A stretch of DNA of 64,000 bases, from NCBI GenBank assembly GCA_963702475.1, contig CAVPCT010000004.1, positions 320,001-384,000 of the forward strand. Direction: 5' to 3'. Shown here one piece after another: positions 59,762 to 64,000 of the stretch. The notes under the pieces were generated by a model. The model saw only the letters and a program-made list of their open reading frames with translations, was not told the origin of the DNA and did not search any database. Positions within the stretch are counted from its first letter, which is position 1. Each line of letters begins with the position of its first letter. Made by a program: the position numbers and the translations under genes. Source of the stretch: an uncultured Thermoleophilia bacterium. GTDB lineage: Bacteria > Actinomycetota > Thermoleophilia > UBA2241.

Positions 59762-60403
59762 TCAGTACGCGATCGCGACAGCGTGCCCGACGTTGTCTCG
59801 CCGCTCCAGCTCGTCGAGCATGAAGGCGGCCGCGTCGGCCCGGGCGATGCGTCGCCCGCCCGGCAGCGAGAAGCCCGGCCCTACGCGGTAGATGCCGCGC
59901 GCCGGGTCGTCGCTGAGGGCCGGCGCGCGCACGACGGTCCAGTCCAACTCGCTCTGGCGGACGCTGGTCTCCATGCGCCGCAGGTCGTCGAAGGCAGCGC
60001 TCTCGAAGAGCGGCTTGACCACGCGCTCGTGCAGCCACGACCGTTCCGGGTCGCGCCCCGGGCGCGTGCCCGCGGCAGAGAGCACGACGAGCCGGCGCAC
60101 GCCGTAGCGCTGCATGGAGCGGATCACGTTGAGCGTGCCCAGCGCGTTGACGGCAGGGTCCTTGTGACGCCGGGCCACGCCGAGGGCGACCAGCACGGCT
60201 TCACGGCCGTCGATGGCGTCGCTCACGGCGCCGCCGTCGAGCACGTCGCCGCGAACGACGTGCAGGCGGGCGGCGAGCTCGCCCAGGCGCTCCGGGGCGC
60301 GGGCCAGCGCGGTCACCTCGTGACCGCGCTCCAGCGCGCCCTGCGCCAGCAGCCGCCCCGTGCGGCCTGTGGCTCCCACGATCAGGACCTTCATCTCCGC
60401 CAT
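59762..60403 (-). CDS. NAD(P)H-binding protein (biliverdin IX-beta reductase-like)
   Basis: GATGRTG, GDVLD, S.LDWT.VR, I.RAD.A. Confidence 0.85.
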   Translation of the reverse strand: MAEMKVLIVGATGRTGRLLAQGALERGHEVTALARAPERLGELAARLHVVRGDVLDGGAVSDAIDGREAVLVALGVARRHKDPAVNALGTLNVIRSMQRYGVRRLVVLSAAGTRPGRDPERSWLHERVVKPLFESAAFDDLRRMETSVRQSELDWTVVRAPALSDDPARGIYRVGPGFSLPGGRRIARADAAAFMLDELERRDNVGHAVAIAY

Positions 60404-60534
60404 CGTAGCAGCCTCCTCCGCGGGACGATGGCGTCTCCTGCCGTGGCCTGACTCGACCCCGGTGTCGCCCGGGGAGGCAACGGCCGGGGAGCGCGGGCCA
60501 ACGGCGCGGAGCCCGCGCGCGGTATCATCCGCCC

Positions 60535-61221
60535 GTGAGCGTGGTTCTCTCCGACAGGATCGTCCTCATCACGGGCGGCGGCACCGGCATCGGCCGGGAG
60601 CTCAGCCTTGCGTTCGCGCGCGCCGGTTGTCGTCTCGCGATCACCTACTACGAGCACCGCGCCGACGCGGAGGGGGTCGCGCAGCTGTGCCGTACGCTGG
60701 GTTCGGCCGACGTGCTCACGTCGCCCCTGCAGCTCGCCGACGAGGATAGCGTCTGCTCGCTCGTGGAGGCGGTGGGCCGGCACTACGACGGCGTGGACAT
60801 CCTGGTGCACAACGCCGGCACCATCGACTGGCGCCGGTTCCTCGACCAGGACTTCTGGTCCATCGAGAACCAGCTCACGGTGAACCTGGGCGGGGTCATG
60901 AAGCTCACGTGGGCCATGCTCCCCGTGGTGCGCGACACGGTGATCGCCATAGGGAGCACGGCCGCCCTGCACGACTCGCGCACGCCGCCCACGTACTGCG
61001 CCACCAAGTGGGGCCTGCGCGGGTTCATGAAGGCGATGGCGCTGGAGCGTCCGGGCAAGCGTTTCGTCTGCGTGCACCCCACGGGGACCGCCACGCGCAT
61101 GAACGAGATGGCCGGCATGCCGCCGGAGCGGGTCGCCGAGATCGTGGTCCGCGTGGCCGCCCACGACATCGAGGTGCCCTCCGGCGGCGAGATCGACATG
61201 CGCGATTACCTGGAGAAGTGA
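60535..61221 (+). CDS. short-chain dehydrogenase/reductase
   Basis: TGGGTGIG, HNAG, YCATKW. Confidence 0.88.
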   Translation: MSVVLSDRIVLITGGGTGIGRELSLAFARAGCRLAITYYEHRADAEGVAQLCRTLGSADVLTSPLQLADEDSVCSLVEAVGRHYDGVDILVHNAGTIDWRRFLDQDFWSIENQLTVNLGGVMKLTWAMLPVVRDTVIAIGSTAALHDSRTPPTYCATKWGLRGFMKAMALERPGKRFVCVHPTGTATRMNEMAGMPPERVAEIVVRVAAHDIEVPSGGEIDMRDYLEK

Positions 61222-61398
61222 GGCGGGAGGGCTGGGCCGGCCGCGCGCACGCAGCGTGACGCAGCGTACACGGTGAGGGGCCGGGCCGGCTGCGCTCGCC
61301 GGCCCGGCCCCTCGTCTCTGGAGGCGCGGCTCCCAGGAGGTGGAGCCTCGATCCCCGCCGCAGGTGAGGCGTGAAGCGGCGGCCCGCAGGCGCGCCGC

Positions 61399-63943
61399 TT
61401 ACTCGTACTGGATCGCCTCCAGGATCCGCGTGTTGGCGGCGCGGCGCGCCGGGAGCACCGCCGCGACCACTCCGACGACCACGGCGAGCACCAGGAACAC
61501 GCCGAGTTGCAGCCACGGCAGGCTGAAGACCAGGCCGTCGCCGCCCAGCTGGGTGACGATGACGTAGGCCATGGCGATGCCCACCGCCGTGCCCAGCACC
61601 CCGCCGATGACGGCGGTGATGACGCTCTCGTAGCGCACCATCTGCCGGAGCTGCCGGCGCGTGGCCCCGATGGCGCGCAGCATGCCGATCTCCCGCGTCC
61701 GCTCGTGCACGCTCAGCACCAGTGTGTTGACGATGCCGAAGATCGAGATGATCACGCTCATGGCGAGCAGGCCGTAGAACATGATGAGGATCTGGTCGAC
61801 CTGGCTTGTTGATGGCGTCGAGGTACTCGGTCTTGGTCTGGACCTTCTGCGTGGGGAACTCGGCGAGGGCCTTCTGGACCGCGGCCTGGGTCCCGTCGCT
61901 GCCGTCGGTGCGCACCAGCATCATGCCGGCGGCCGTCGGGACGTCCAGCTTCTCGAGCGTGTCGAGGCTGACCATCATGCCGGTGTAGGCCATCTGGTCG
62001 CGGTAGAACCCGAGCACCGTGAGCTTGGCCTTCTCGCCGCTCTGGCTGGTGACGGAGATCGTGTCGCCGGCCTCGACCTTGGCGGCGATCGGCGAGCCGT
62101 CCTCGAGGATCACGCTGTCTGCGTCGAGCTCGGCGAACAGGTCGTCGCTGCCGCCGCGTCGCCAGTCGTGGCCCCAGACCTGCGGCCACACGGCGGGATC
62201 CACGGCGTTGGCGGTGAGGATGCCGCCGCCCTTGACCTTGAGCGCCGCCCAGGCGACGCCGGCGGCGGACTCGACGCCGGGCACGTCCTCGAGGCCGCGC
62301 ACCGTCGTCTGGGGCACGGTGAGGAACGCGCTCTGGTCCTGCGCGACGAGGTCGGCGCGCGTGGACTTGCTGATGGCGCCGCCGAACGAGCCCTTCAGGG
62401 CCTGGGCGAACACGGCGACGAAGACGACCATGGCGAGGCCGATCATGAGCGCGGCGGCCGTGGCGGCCGTGCGGCTCGGGTTGCGGCCGGCGTTGTCGCG
62501 GGCCAGACGGCCGCTGGTGGGCGCGAGCTTCTCCATGGGCCAGCCGATGATGCGGCTCGCCGGCCGGACGACGAACTTGGCCAGCATGGCGATGGCGACG
62601 AAGAGCAGCAGGGCGCCGAGGCCCATGAAGAGCAGACGGCCGCTGGTCCCGCCGTCGCTGAAGATGCCGAAGGCGAGCGAGCCGGCGCCGAGGGCCGTGA
62701 AGGCCAGGGCGATGACGGTGCTGAACCTGGTGAAGCGCGTCGGCGGCAGCGCCGCGCCCTCCTGGAGGGCCGCCACCGGCGGCACGCGCGTGGCGCGCAG
62801 GGCCGGGGCCAGCGCCGAGAGGAGCGTGACGCCCACGCCGACGAGCACGGCGATGAGGATGGTACGCGGCTCGAGCGCGATGCCCGCCGTGGGGATGTCG
62901 GCGCCGAGGGCCTTGAAGAGCAGATTGATGCCCTTGGCGACGCCGAGGCCGGCGGCGATACCGATGGCCGAGGCCAGCACGCCGAGCGTGAGCGCCTCGG
63001 CGACCACGGAGACGAGCACCTGGCGGCGGCCGGCGCCGAGGGCGCGCAGCATCGCGAACTCGCGGCGTCGCTGGGCGACGGTGATGCTGAAGGCGTTGAA
63101 GATGATGAAGGCGCCGACGAAGACGGAGACGCCGGCGAACGCCAGGAGCACCGGCGTGAGGAACGAGCCGATCGCGTCGGCCGTCTCGGCGGTCGCGTCG
63201 GCGGCGGCCTGCTCCCCGGTCTTGACGCTGACGCCGGCCGGCATGACGGCCTTGACGTCCGCGGCGAGCTCCTTGGGCGTCACGCCGGGATCGGCGGACA
63301 CGGAGATGCCGCTGATCCTGCCGGGCTCGCCGCCCCAGCGCTGCACGTCCTGCAGGCGGCCGGCGACGACGATGGTGCCGCCGAGGGAACCGGACTCGCC
63401 CCACTCGAAGACGCCGGCGACCTTGACCTCTTCGAGGCCGGCCGGGCCGGCGACGGTGAAGGTGTCGCCGGGCCTCAGGCCGGCCTTGTCGGCGAAGCTC
63501 TTGATGATCGCGACCTCGTTGCGACCCTGGATCTCGCCGCCGGCGACGATGGTGGCCTGGTTGAAGGGCTCACCCGTGCTCGTCGTCAGGAGCGTGGGGG
63601 CGCCGCCGGTCTCGACGGGTTTGCCGTCGACGATCGCGGCGCCTGCTGTCTCGTAGACGCCGGCGGCCTTGTCCACGCCGGGGACCGCGAGCACCTGGGC
63701 GACGAGATCGTCACTCAGCGTCTGGGGCGCGTCGCCCTCCATGCTGGTGAACGACTGCTTCGGCTCGACCTGCACGGCCGTGCCCTTGAACGAGGTCTCG
63801 AAGATGTTGGCGAAGCCGTTGTCGATCTGGTCTGTCAGCACGTACGTGCCGGTGATCATCGCCACGCCCAGCAGGATCGCCAGGAGCGTGAGGACTGTCC
63901 GGAGCGGCCGGCTGGTCAGGCTGCGGAAGGCGAGGCGGGTCAT
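61399..63943 (-). CDS. FtsX/MacB-like ABC permease (frameshift near 61803)
   Basis: Two FtsX units: QRRREFAMLRALGA and ERTREIGMLRAIGA. Confidence 0.88.
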
Positions 63944-63999
63944 CGCTGGACCCCCGCTGCACTGCGCGCGGTCGGCACGTCGGCGACCGGGATCTCGAG
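63940..63999 (-). CDS. 3' end of upstream gene (probably the ABC ATPase), cut by window edge
   Basis: Open frame ending in an ATGA overlap with the permease start. Confidence 0.35.
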   Translation of the reverse strand, partial: LEIPVADVPTARSAAGVQR

Positions 64000-64000
64000 G

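Overview
High-GC window, about 70% by eye. It looks chromosomal, probably from an anaerobic or facultative deep-branching actinobacterium such as Thermoleophilia (inference from gene content and style). It opens with a type II fatty-acid synthesis operon (fabD'-fabG-fabF-accD-accA) and an ABC-2 exporter. From about 6 to 26 kb there is a redox and sulfur-trafficking island. It holds three ArsR regulators, two TusA proteins, DsrE2, OsmC, twin glutaredoxin-DUF302 fusions, a Tat-exported diheme split-Soret-like cytochrome, a DUF134/NifX module and a Qmo/Hdr-like operon (tusA-mvhD-like-hdrL-hdrA-wHTH-dsrE2-qmoC-like) with no hdrB or aprAB. The rest is mostly accessory metabolic, transport and stress genes. 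The main findings are: (1) the Hdr/Qmo-like complex wired to persulfide carriers; (2) a probable unannotated selenoprotein, an FmdB-type zinc ribbon ending G-U-G-C with an fdhF-like GGUC SECIS hairpin; (3) a thrice-repeated AGCATATGCT-core operator on three -10 boxes, a candidate DUF134 regulon; (4) a four-hairpin, C-loop ncRNA candidate; (5) a collapsed hsdM/hsdS type I restriction scar. Many genes carry single-base indels, most likely long-read assembly errors. I saw no tRNA, rRNA, CRISPR array or transposase. All calls come from motif recognition by eye, with no database searches.
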